Positions 53,811 to 63,283 of a DNA stretch of 64,000 bases are shown here, piece by piece. The stretch lies in assembly GCA_965226885.1 (NCBI GenBank), contig CBDDEL010000013.1, positions 498,710 through 562,709 on the forward strand. The letters run 5' to 3'. This DNA comes from Opitutales bacterium. GTDB lineage: Bacteria > Verrucomicrobiota > Verrucomicrobiia > Opitutales > UBA2987. Made by a program: the position numbers and the translations under genes. The stretch's first letter is position 1, and every line of letters starts with the position of its first letter. The notes under the pieces were generated by a model, which saw nothing but the letters and a program-made list of their open reading frames with translations, was not told the DNA's origin and searched no databases.

Positions 53811-54046
53811 TTTTTATTTCGTTTTGTGCGTTCCTGGTCCAAGAGTAAAGTTTCAAGTGATTCTATGCGGTCTTCCAGCGATGTCAGGCCCCTATGCATT
53901 TCCTGGATGAGGGAGGTTTCCTCGCCACCCATGATGCGGTCTTTTTTAGAGGGTTTACCCTTTAATATAGAGATTATCGCAATGAACGTTCCACAAATGA
54001 TGGGTAGTCCCACAGCAATGATGGCTATTATTTCTCCTCCATGCAT
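53807..54046 (-). CDS. pspB: Phage shock protein B-like membrane protein
   Basis: N-terminal TM helix; LEDRIESLETLL; position between pspA and pspC. Confidence 0.8.
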   Translation of the reverse strand: MHGGEIIAIIAVGLPIICGTFIAIISILKGKPSKKDRIMGGEETSLIQEMHRGLTSLEDRIESLETLLLDQERTKRNKK

Positions 54047-54080
54047 CTTGTTTTTGGTATCTCCGGGTTGGTGAATCTAG

Positions 54081-54179
54081 CTAGGTTCTGAGGTGAAGAA
54101 TGGCGATCACCGAAATGATCGTGGCGCAAATGGCGGATAAACCAGCCATGGCCAGGTAGACGATTATTTGATGCGTCAT
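54081..54179 (-). CDS. 32-aa single-TM peptide resembling the PspB TM helix
   Basis: MTHQIIVYLAMAGLSAICATIISVIAILHLRT, lying in the pspA-pspB gap; no strong SD seen. Confidence 0.55.
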   Translation of the reverse strand: MTHQIIVYLAMAGLSAICATIISVIAILHLRT

Positions 54180-54228
54180 TATATCTGTTTTTTTTTGAAG
54201 ATTAGACGATATGGATGAAATGACGACC

Positions 54229-54921
54229 TTAATTTTCCTCGTTTTCCTGGGACGAGGAAGGTTCACCGGAAAGTTCCGATTTGAGGGCGGATAGTTCATC
54301 CTCGATTTCTTCGTCGACGGCCAGTTTCTCAAATTCATCCTCAATGGTAGGTTTTGCGGCGAAGTTGACGAGATCGGCATCGGCTTCCATGCGTTCGATG
54401 CGATTTTCAAAATGCTCGAAACGCGTTACCGTGTCATGGCTTTCCGAATAGCGGATCTGGCTATGGGTTTTCTTGCTCTGCCGGGCTTTGCGGTGACGCT
54501 GAACGAGGACGTTGTGCTTTTTACGCGCATTGGCCAATTTTTCCTCCAATTGCCGGATGTCCTCCTGGTATTTCTCCACGATGTCGGCAAATTGCCGGCA
54601 CTCGTATTCCATGCGTTCAATTTCCTGCCCATAACGGCGCTTTTCAACGAGGGCTTCCCGGGCCAGATCTTCGCGGTTTTTGGACAGCGCCAATTTGGCC
54701 TTGGCCGACCATTCGGATACCCGGTAGCTGACATCCTCAAGGGTGCGGTTGACTTTTTTACGCCCCGCCATGGCTCCGGCGCAGGAGGACTTGATTTCCA
54801 CCAAAGTGTCCTCCATTTCCTGGATCATTAATTTGATCAGTTTTTCCGGATCCTCGGCTTTGTCCAACATAGCATTGATGTTGGACGAGACGATATCTCT
54901 AAAACGTGTGAATATACCCAT
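54229..54921 (-). CDS. pspA: Phage shock protein A
   Basis: MGIFTRFRDIVSSNINAMLDKAEDPEKLIKLMIQEMEDTLVE; coiled coil. Confidence 0.96.
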   Translation of the reverse strand: MGIFTRFRDIVSSNINAMLDKAEDPEKLIKLMIQEMEDTLVEIKSSCAGAMAGRKKVNRTLEDVSYRVSEWSAKAKLALSKNREDLAREALVEKRRYGQEIERMEYECRQFADIVEKYQEDIRQLEEKLANARKKHNVLVQRHRKARQSKKTHSQIRYSESHDTVTRFEHFENRIERMEADADLVNFAAKPTIEDEFEKLAVDEEIEDELSALKSELSGEPSSSQENEEN

Positions 54922-54958
54922 GATTATTTTCCTTGTTTGAATTGATGTGCCCTCTCTA

Positions 54959-54976
54959 TTGCAGACTCCATGCCAA
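54959..54976 (-). promoter_or_regulatory. Sigma54 (-24/-12) promoter of pspA
   Basis: TTGGCATGGAGTCTGCAA = GG-N10-GC, ~40 bp upstream of pspA, divergent from pspF with an AT-rich spacer. Confidence 0.88.
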
Positions 54977-55144
54977 AAAATTGAAATATTACTTTAATAC
55001 CTTCTTTATCAGTGAGATTCAGTGAGATAAAAAATAAAATTGTATTAAAATTAAGATTTGCAATTTATTTTGTAGGTATTAAAAATACATAAATAGTAAT
55101 ATTAAACCATAATAAGTATTAATAGTGTAACATAGAGGAAGCAT

Positions 55145-56167
55145 TTGGAAACACCAGGAGAAGCATTGGGCCAGTCGGATGCCTTTATAGCCTTTCAGGA
55201 GCAATTGTCGCTGGTGGCCGCAGTGGACCGGCCGGTGTTGCTGGTGGGGGAGCGAGGCAGCGGCAAAGAATTGGCGGCGGCCCGCCTGCATTTCCTCTCT
55301 AAACGATGGGAGGCGCCCATGATTGCCTTGAATTGCGCCACCCTCGCCTCGACCCTTCTGGAGTCCGAGCTATTTGGACATGAGGCCGGCGCATTTACCG
55401 GCGCCAGGGGCAGGCGGCAGGGCCGGTTTGAAACGGCCGACAGCGGAACCTTATTTTTGGACGAAGTCGGTATTATCCCGATTGAGGTGCAGGAAAAAAT
55501 TCTGCGCGTGGTAGAGTATCGCAGTTTTGAAAGAGTAGGGAGCTCGACCCCCATCAGCGTCGACGTGCGTATTATCGGTGCCACCAATGCCGATTTGCGG
55601 CAGCTCGCCAAGGAGGGCAAATTTAAACACGATTTACTCGACCGCCTTTCCTTCGAAGTGCTATTTTTGCCGCCTTTGCGGGAGCGAAAAGGAGACATCA
55701 TGCTGTTGGCACGTCACTTCGCCGGGCGTATGGCGATGGAGCTGGGTCAGCAAAGCCTGCCCGATTTCAGCTATGAAGCGATTGACCTGCTGGAGGCTTA
55801 TTCCTGGCCCGGAAACATCAGGGAGCTGAAAAATGTGGTCGAGCGCGCACTCTACAAGAGCCGTGGAAAACTCATAAAAACGATAGAGTTCGATCCATTC
55901 CGTTCGCCCTATGCCACTGTTTCGAGAATTTCCTCCGAAAATGCCGGAATCTCCAAAACCGAAGAATTAACCAAACCTTCGCAGCCGGATTTTACAGAAA
56001 TGTCCTTGCCCGACTCGATCCGCCGGATCGAACAGGATGCCTTGCGCAAAGCCCTTCGTTCAACCCAATTTCATCAGGCCAAGGCGGCCCGGCTTCTCGG
56101 CCTGAGCTACAATCAGTTTAGGGTTCTTTACCGGAAGCACAGGGATGCCCTGCGGCAACCCGCCTGA
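55145..56167 (+). CDS. pspF: Sigma54 enhancer-binding activator PspF
   Basis: No N-terminal regulatory domain; GERGSGKE, SKRW, GAFTGA, LFLDE, WPGNIREL, C-terminal HTH; TTG start after GAGG. Confidence 0.93.
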   Translation: METPGEALGQSDAFIAFQEQLSLVAAVDRPVLLVGERGSGKELAAARLHFLSKRWEAPMIALNCATLASTLLESELFGHEAGAFTGARGRRQGRFETADSGTLFLDEVGIIPIEVQEKILRVVEYRSFERVGSSTPISVDVRIIGATNADLRQLAKEGKFKHDLLDRLSFEVLFLPPLRERKGDIMLLARHFAGRMAMELGQQSLPDFSYEAIDLLEAYSWPGNIRELKNVVERALYKSRGKLIKTIEFDPFRSPYATVSRISSENAGISKTEELTKPSQPDFTEMSLPDSIRRIEQDALRKALRSTQFHQAKAARLLGLSYNQFRVLYRKHRDALRQPA

Positions 56168-56276
56168 GGCCCGGGCATTCCCGGTGAGCGCGATTTCAGG
56201 GACGGTTTCCTTATGTCCTAATGATTCAAAGAATCTTGCCTGCTGGCAAAATTTTCATTTTTGTAAACGATTTTCC

Positions 56277-56885
56277 ATGCCGAACCAGCCCGAAAACATT
56301 TATCCGGAATTTGCGCGCATGTTGGCGAAAGGGGACAAAGAGGCCCTCTTGCGACAACGTGGCTTGGTGCTTTGGCTTTATGGCCTGAGCGGTTCCGGCA
56401 AAAGCACCCTGGCCAATGCCCTGGAGAGAAAGTTGCATGCCGAGGGGTTTTGCACCCGCATACTCGACGGCGACAACATTCGCACTGGCTTGAACAATGA
56501 TCTGGGTTTTTCCGAAAAAGACCGCACGGAGAACATCCGCAGGATTACCGAGGTGGCCAAACTTTTCCTCCATACCGGAATTGTGACCATCGCGTCCTTC
56601 ATTACGCCTGCCAAGGCCCTCCGGCAATCCGCCAAGGAGATAGTCGGGGCAAAGCATTTTATAGAAGTTTTCCTGAAATGCTCTTATCAAGAATGTGCCC
56701 AAAGAGACCCCAAGGGGCTTTACGCGAAGGCCAGTTCCGGGAAATTGAAGGATTTTACAGGTCATGATTCCCGATTCGAGGAACCGGAAAAACCGGATTT
56801 GATTCTGAATACGGAATATGACAGTCTTGAAACTTGTTTGGAAAAACTTTACGTGCATATATTACCAAAAATCCGGGCCCAATGA
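56277..56885 (+). CDS. cysC: Adenylyl-sulfate kinase
   Basis: GLSGSGKST, LDGDNIR, RDPKGLY, FTG..SRFEEP. Confidence 0.95.
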   Translation: MPNQPENIYPEFARMLAKGDKEALLRQRGLVLWLYGLSGSGKSTLANALERKLHAEGFCTRILDGDNIRTGLNNDLGFSEKDRTENIRRITEVAKLFLHTGIVTIASFITPAKALRQSAKEIVGAKHFIEVFLKCSYQECAQRDPKGLYAKASSGKLKDFTGHDSRFEEPEKPDLILNTEYDSLETCLEKLYVHILPKIRAQ

Positions 56886-56959
56886 TTGCCATCTTCTTAA
56901 CCATATTCTTTTTCCCGAAAGCCCAATAAAGGCAGCCGAGAGGTTTGCCCTGGATCATT

Positions 56960-57868
56960 ATGCACCATTCCTATACCGTTAATCACCTCCAGCATCTCGA
57001 GTCTGAAAGCATTTTTCTGATGCGGGAGACGGTTGCTCAATTTCAAAATCCCGTTGTCCTTTTTTCCGGCGGCAAAGATTCCATAGTCATTGCCCATTTG
57101 GCCCGCAAGGCATTCTGGCCCGCGCGGGTTCCATTTCCATTTCTGCACATCGACACGGGACACAATTTTCCCGAAACGATCGCTTTTCGCGACAAGTGGA
57201 TTGCAGAAACCGGAGCGCGCCTGATTGTGGGTTCGGTGCAGGAATCGATCGACAAGGGAAGGGTGCTGGAAGAAAAAGGCCTCAATCCCAGCCGCAACGC
57301 CTTGCAAACCGTCACCCTGCTGGATGCCCTCGAGGAACACCAGTTCGATGCCGCCGTGGGCGGGGCCCGGCGGGATGAAGAGAAGGCGCGGGCCAAGGAG
57401 CGTTTCTTTTCCCACCGGGATGAATTCGGGCAATGGGACCCCAAAAACCAGAGGCCGGAATTGTGGAACCTTTTTAATGGACGCAAACATCACGGCGAAC
57501 ATTTCCGCATTTTTCCCCTTAGCAATTGGACGGAGATGGATGTCTGGCAGTACATCAAATCGGAAAAACTGGAAATTCCCTCGCTTTATTTTTCCCATGA
57601 GCGTGAAACCATCCAGCGCAACGGGGTTTTATTGGCGGTAACGGAATTCATAACGCTCCTCAATGGAGAAAAACCTGAGACCAAACAGGTGCGTTTTCGA
57701 ACCGTGGGGGATGCCACTTGCACGGGGGCGGTGGAATCGCCGGCGGCCACCATTGAAGACATCATCCAGGAGGTGGCCGCGGCCCGCATAGCCGAACGGG
57801 GTACCCGGGCCGATGACAAAAGGACGGAAACAGCCATGGAGGACCGCAAACGCGAAGGCTATTTTTAG
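56960..57868 (+). CDS. cysD: Sulfate adenylyltransferase subunit 2
   Basis: SGGKDS, GGARRDEEKARAKER, WDPKNQRPELW, MEDRKREGYF. Confidence 0.97.
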   Translation: MHHSYTVNHLQHLESESIFLMRETVAQFQNPVVLFSGGKDSIVIAHLARKAFWPARVPFPFLHIDTGHNFPETIAFRDKWIAETGARLIVGSVQESIDKGRVLEEKGLNPSRNALQTVTLLDALEEHQFDAAVGGARRDEEKARAKERFFSHRDEFGQWDPKNQRPELWNLFNGRKHHGEHFRIFPLSNWTEMDVWQYIKSEKLEIPSLYFSHERETIQRNGVLLAVTEFITLLNGEKPETKQVRFRTVGDATCTGAVESPAATIEDIIQEVAAARIAERGTRADDKRTETAMEDRKREGYF

Positions 57869-57913
57869 CCGCATAGCAGGCTATTGATCCCACAAGACAA
57901 ATAAAACGAAATC

Positions 57914-59185
57914 ATGACTGAAGATTTGAATTACCAGGATATGGACTTGCTGCGGTTTACCACGGCGGGAAGTGTCGATGATGGCAAAAGCACCCTCATC
58001 GGCCGTTTGCTCTACGACACCAAAACTATTTTTGAAGATCAGTTGGAAGCGATTGCCCTTTCCAGCCAGCGCCGGGGAGACGAGAACCTCAACCTGGCTT
58101 TGCTGACCGATGGTTTGCGCGCCGAAAGAGAGCAAGGCATAACCATAGACGTTGCCTACCGTTATTTCGCCACCCCGCGAAGAAAATTCATTATCGCCGA
58201 CACACCGGGCCACATTCAGTACACCCGCAATATGGTAACCGGGGCTTCCACTGCCAACTTGGCCGTTATTCTGGTTGACGCCCGCAAAGGCGTCATCGAG
58301 CAGACTTGCCGCCACTCTTTCATTGCCTCATTGCTGCGCATCCAGCATATCGTTTTCTGCATTAACAAAATGGATCTGGTGGACTACCGGGAAGAGGTTT
58401 TCGATAGCATAGTGCATGACTTCAAGGAGTTCGCCTCGCGCCTGGAAATCGCCGACATGAGCTTCATTCCGGTCAGCTCGCTGCACGGAGACAATGTGGT
58501 GGAGAAAAGCGATAATATGTCCTGGTATCAAGGGCCGACCCTTCTCTATCACCTGGAAAACGTTTATATCGGTCCTGACGCCAATCACATAGATCCGCGG
58601 TTTCCGGTTCAGGGAGTGATTCGGCCGCACTCCAATGAGCACCACGATTTTCGCGGTTATTCCGGCAGGGTGGCGGGCGGTGTGTTCAAACCGGGAGACG
58701 AAATCACAGTCCTCCAGTCCGGCTTTACTTCCCGCATCAAATCAATTGAAACATTTAACGGTAAATTGGAGGAAGCATTCCACCCGCTCTCGGTTGCCAT
58801 TACCCTGGAGGACGAAATTGACATCAGCCGGGGGGACATGATTGCCAAGCCGCAGAACCTTCCCAACAGCGGCCAGGATATCGATGTCATGCTTTGCTGG
58901 TTTTCAGAAAAAAACAACCTGCGCCTTCGAGGTAAATACATATTGAGGCATACCACCAAAGAGGTAAAAGCTCTCATTAAGGAGGTTAAATACAAAGTCG
59001 ATGTAAACACCTTGCACAAAATTGAAGATGATTTGCAAATCGGCCTGAACGAGATAGGACGTGTCAGCATACGCACTTCGCAGCCGCTCTTTTACGACAA
59101 ATATCGCCGCAACCGCATCACCGGCAGCATCATTCTTATCGACGAGTTTAGCAATGAAACGGTGGCCGCCGGCATAATCCGCTGA
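57914..59185 (+). CDS. cysN: Sulfate adenylyltransferase subunit 1
   Basis: GSVDDGKSTLIGRL, EREQGITIDVAYRYF, DTPGH, NKMD; no fused kinase domain. Confidence 0.96.
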   Translation: MTEDLNYQDMDLLRFTTAGSVDDGKSTLIGRLLYDTKTIFEDQLEAIALSSQRRGDENLNLALLTDGLRAEREQGITIDVAYRYFATPRRKFIIADTPGHIQYTRNMVTGASTANLAVILVDARKGVIEQTCRHSFIASLLRIQHIVFCINKMDLVDYREEVFDSIVHDFKEFASRLEIADMSFIPVSSLHGDNVVEKSDNMSWYQGPTLLYHLENVYIGPDANHIDPRFPVQGVIRPHSNEHHDFRGYSGRVAGGVFKPGDEITVLQSGFTSRIKSIETFNGKLEEAFHPLSVAITLEDEIDISRGDMIAKPQNLPNSGQDIDVMLCWFSEKNNLRLRGKYILRHTTKEVKALIKEVKYKVDVNTLHKIEDDLQIGLNEIGRVSIRTSQPLFYDKYRRNRITGSIILIDEFSNETVAAGIIR

Positions 59186-59214
59186 GGATGGGCGGATGCT
59201 TGATGCTGGATGCT

Positions 59215-61347
59215 TTAGCGATTCATTCGTTCCTTGTCGAAATCGGCGAAGGTTTTTCCCTCATCAACCAGTTTTTTTAATAGCGGGGCCGGCTGCCACC
59301 AGGCGCCGTTTTCTTTCTGGAATTGGCAAATCCGCGCGTAAATTTTTTTCAGACCAATGTTGTCCGCGTAACGAATGGGGCCTCCCCGATGGGTGGGAAA
59401 AGCGAAACCGTAAACGTAAATAATATCGATATCGACTGAACGCAGGGCAATGCCCTCCTCCAGAATGCGGGCTCCTTCGTTGACGAGGGCATACAGGGGG
59501 CGCTCCAGCATTTCCAGAGAGCTAATGTGGCGTTGCTTGATTCCGGCATCGGCGGCGCATTGGGCAATGATTTTTTCCACCTCGGGGTCGGCCAAGGGTT
59601 TACGGCCGCCTGGTTCATAACGATACCAGCCGGCATTCGCTTTCTGGCCCAAACGGCCCATCTTGACCAATTGGTCGCCAGCGCCTGTCCGGCGAAATCC
59701 GGGAGGTATCTTACCTTCCAATTCCTTGCGGACATGCCTGCCAATATCGAGTCCCACGAGGTCTCCCAAGGCGAATACACCCATCGCCATACCGAAATCG
59801 GTCAAGGCCTTGTCGATGTCGTAAATTGCGGCTCCTTCTTCCGCCATGTAATGACACTCTCGTTCGTAGTGATAAAACATGCGGTTGCCCACGAAACCGC
59901 TGCCATTATTCACCAAGACACCGATTTTCCCCAGCCTCCTGGCGAGGGCCATGCAGGTGGCCACAACCTCTTTTTTCGATTTCCGGCCGCGCACGATCTC
60001 GATTAATTTCATGATGTTGGCCGGGCTGAAAAAGTGGGTCCCGATGACCATCTGGGGACGCCCGGTGGCCGAGGCGATTTCATCGATGTCCAGGGTGGAG
60101 GTATTTGAGGCCAGGATGGCGTTGGGGGCCGCCGCCTGATCGATTTCCCTGAAGACCTGTTTTTTAATATTCATTTCTTCAAAAACCGCCTCCACCACGA
60201 TGTCGGCGCTGCCAATGTCATCGTAATTCAGGGTCGGCTCAATCAAGTCCAAACGCTTCTTGACCTCTTCCCCTGTCAATCGCCCCCGCCGGGCCGAAAT
60301 TTCATAGTTGCGCTTGATGGCATTCATTCCGTAGTCCAGCCGATCCTGGCTCACTTCCTTCAGAACGACGGGAATTCCGGCATTGACGTAGGCCATGGCG
60401 ATTCCGCCCCCCATCGTTCCAGCGCCGATAACGGCCGCTTTTTCGATTTTAGAAGTTTCCGTGCCGCTCGGAACATCGGGAATCTTTCTAACCGTTCTTT
60501 CGCCAAAAAAAACGTGGATGCAATTTAGCGACTCCACTGTATCTACCAGCGTCTCGAAAATTTCCCTTTCCATTTTAATGCCTTCCGAATAAGGCAGTTT
60601 GGCGGCGGCCTCGACCGCTTCGAGGGCTTTGATGGGGGCCTGGCCACCGCGAGATTTGCGAATTACCTGGGCTCGCAGCCTGGTCATGGCAGCGGCCTCG
60701 GCGGCAGGATCGCCGACCGGTATGGAAAGTTCGCTGGTTTTGCGTAACGGTTGCTCGGATACTGCCAACTGGCGGGCAAATTCTTTGGCCTTGGCCAACA
60801 AATCGCCGGTCACCAGTCGATCCACGATGCCGAAGGTTTTCGCCTCCGCCGCCCCGACCATTTCGCCAAAGGCGCACATTTCGACCGCTTTCGGGAGGCC
60901 CGCCAATCTGGGCAAGCGCTGGGTCCCGGCCGCCCCGGGGATCAAACCGAGTTTTACCTCAGGATGTCCAACCATTGCCGAATCCAGCGCAATGCGGGCA
61001 TGGCAGGCCACGGCGTATTCCAGGCCGCCGCCCAGGGCCGTGCCGTGAATCGCGCAGACAATGGGTTTGGGAGAATCCTCGATATTCTTCAGGAGGGCGT
61101 GAGGATTGCTTCTCGATTTCTTTTCTCCGCCCGGCGGCTCATCGAAATCCTTGATATCGGCTCCCGCAATAAAGGTTCTGCCCTGGCCGATGAGAACAAT
61201 GCCGACAACGGAATCGTCCGCCCCCGCCGAACGGATTCCCTCGTCAATCCCCTCGGCCATGGCGAAATTGATAGCGTTCACGGGCGGGTTATTGACGGTC
61301 AAAACGGCGATGCCATTATCGACTTGGTAGGAAACGAGTTCACTCAT
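59215..61347 (-). CDS. Bifunctional enoyl-CoA hydratase / 3-hydroxyacyl-CoA dehydrogenase (FadB-like)
   Basis: NPPVNA, FIAGADI, GGGLE, PEVKLGLIPG; GAGTMGGGI, EAVFE, SNTS, HFFSPA, GFVGNR. Confidence 0.93.
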   Translation of the reverse strand: MSELVSYQVDNGIAVLTVNNPPVNAINFAMAEGIDEGIRSAGADDSVVGIVLIGQGRTFIAGADIKDFDEPPGGEKKSRSNPHALLKNIEDSPKPIVCAIHGTALGGGLEYAVACHARIALDSAMVGHPEVKLGLIPGAAGTQRLPRLAGLPKAVEMCAFGEMVGAAEAKTFGIVDRLVTGDLLAKAKEFARQLAVSEQPLRKTSELSIPVGDPAAEAAAMTRLRAQVIRKSRGGQAPIKALEAVEAAAKLPYSEGIKMEREIFETLVDTVESLNCIHVFFGERTVRKIPDVPSGTETSKIEKAAVIGAGTMGGGIAMAYVNAGIPVVLKEVSQDRLDYGMNAIKRNYEISARRGRLTGEEVKKRLDLIEPTLNYDDIGSADIVVEAVFEEMNIKKQVFREIDQAAAPNAILASNTSTLDIDEIASATGRPQMVIGTHFFSPANIMKLIEIVRGRKSKKEVVATCMALARRLGKIGVLVNNGSGFVGNRMFYHYERECHYMAEEGAAIYDIDKALTDFGMAMGVFALGDLVGLDIGRHVRKELEGKIPPGFRRTGAGDQLVKMGRLGQKANAGWYRYEPGGRKPLADPEVEKIIAQCAADAGIKQRHISSLEMLERPLYALVNEGARILEEGIALRSVDIDIIYVYGFAFPTHRGGPIRYADNIGLKKIYARICQFQKENGAWWQPAPLLKKLVDEGKTFADFDKERMNR

Positions 61348-61411
61348 AGAGATGGATGTAGATGGGTATTGGTTTTAGCTCGAATCTTACCGAAGGATCG
61401 GTCCAGAGCAA

Positions 61412-61641
61412 GTGGGGAAAGCGGCTTCCCCCACGGGTTCTTTTGCGGATGAGAATCGTTTCCGGTTTTCGACCAAATATTACGATTCGGAGACGGAATT
61501 GAGCTATTACGGGTTTCGCTACTACAGCGCGAGCCTGGGACGGTTTTTCAATCGCGATCCCATCGAGGAGCGGGGGGCGGTGGATTTCCCTGGTTGCGAT
61601 ATACGTATTATTCAAGTGCCGATCAAAATTTTTTCTGTAAA
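61412..61641 (+). pseudogene. Remnant of an Rhs repeat-associated core domain
   Basis: NRFRFSTKYYDSETELSYYGFRYYSASLGRFFNRDPIEERG; no upstream Rhs body; followed by IS3. Confidence 0.8.
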
Positions 61642-62808
61642 TGACGTGTACTGGATTTGTTGGACACGGGATTCTCTTATATTCATTGTTTATTGATTAG
61701 TGTGTCAGGCGGCTTGTTTTGGTAAAGGGTTTTGTTTTCTCGTTGCCCCCCATGGGGGGCAAATATTTTCCTCGAATTGGACTGGGCTTTGGTAACTCAG
61801 AGAGGAATGTTTGCGATATCGGTTGTAGAAGATTTCCACGTATTCGAAGACAGTTGATCGCAGTTCGCGCTCGTCGGCAAAGTGGCGGCCTCGAATCGTG
61901 CTGGTCTTGAAGCGGCCGTAGAACGATTCCATGGCCGCGTTGTCGTAGCAGTTGCCTTGGGCGCTCATGCTCGGCTTCATGCCTAGTTCAGAGACCAGCC
62001 TCTGATAGTCGTCGCTGCCGTAGGGGCTGCCCCGATCGCTGTGATGAATAATCCCGGTGCGCAGTGTGCCGCGGGTCATGGCCGCGGCTTTGAGGGCCTT
62101 GCCAACCAGCTTCGCGTCGTTGTGGTTGGAAACGCTCCAGCCCAGCAGGCGTCGGCTGAACAGGTCCATCACCGTGGCCAAGTACATCCAACCGGCCAGG
62201 GTCCGTAGGTAGGTCGTGTCCGCCACCCAGACCTCGTCGATATGGGTCGGCTGGCCATGCTTTTTAAGCACATTGGGGCTGTAACCATAGGGATGGTTAC
62301 TGTTGGTTTTTAATGGCTTAAAGCGTTTACTCTGGGTGCTTTTGATTCCCATTTCACGCATCAGACGCAGAGCCCGGTCACGGCCGCAATCGATGCCCTC
62401 ATCATCCTTCAGATGGCGGTGCATTGGCCGATGCCCATAGCGGCCCTTGGCCTCTTTGTGTACCTTCAGGATCGCCCCCTTGATTCCCTCGTCCTCGATC
62501 CGCCGGGCCGAGGGCGCTCGGTGCCTCCAGCAGTAATAGCCACTGCGACAAATCCCCATCGCCGAGCATATCTCCTCGATCTTGAAGCGCCCCTCGTTGT
62601 CTTTGACAAACTGGTACTTCATTGTTCGTCCTTGGCAAAGTAGCCCACCGTTTTTTTTAGTATCTGGTTGATCCGCTCCGAGCGGCGCAGCTCTTTGCGA
62701 AGACGATCTATCTCGGCCGCCATCTCCTTCGGACTGCTCTGTCGCTTTGAGGTGGCTTCGCCCTGCTGATCGTCCAGATAGAGCCTCTTCCACCTATACA
62801 ATTGGTTG
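61642..62808 (-). mobile_element. IS3 copy truncated within orfA by another IS3
   Basis: Right IR at 61642, intact orfB, match ends at ...caattggttg where a second right IR starts. Confidence 0.92.
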
Positions 62809-63255
62809 TGACGTGTACTGGATTTGTTGGACACGGGATTCTCTTATATTCATTGTTTATTGATTAGTGTGTCAGGCGGCTTGTTTTGGTAAAGGGTTTT
62901 GTTTTCTCGTTGCCCCCCATGGGGGGCAAATATTTTCCTCGAATTGGACTGGGCTTTGGTAACTCAGAGAGGAATGTTTGCGATATCGGTTGTAGAAGAT
63001 TTCCACGTATTCGAAGACAGTTGATCGCAGTTCGCGCTCGTCGGCAAAGTGGCGGCCTCGAATCGTGCTGGTCTTGAAGCGGCCGTAGAACGATTCCATG
63101 GCCGCGTTGTCGTAGCAGTTGCCTTGGGCGCTCATGCTCGGCTTCATGCCTAGTTCAGAGACCAGCCTCTGATAGTCGTCGCTGGCGTAGGGGCTGCCCC
63201 GATCGCTGTGATGAATAATCCCGGTGCGCAGTGTGCCGCGGGTCATGGCCGCGGC
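62809..63255 (-). mobile_element. IS3 right-end fragment ending in a fold-back
   Basis: Right IR at 62809; 3' third of orfB; sequence then inverts on itself. Confidence 0.9.
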
Positions 63256-63283
63256 CATGACCCGCGGCACACTGCGCACCGGG
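63220..63283. repeat. Perfect 64-bp palindrome
   Basis: cccggtgcgcagtgtgccgcgggtcatggccg|cggccatgacccgcggcacactgcgcaccggg, no spacer. Confidence 0.95.

Noticed and set aside
56277..59185. Functional link between pspF and cysCDN
   Set aside because: Only adjacency; no evidence of co-regulation.
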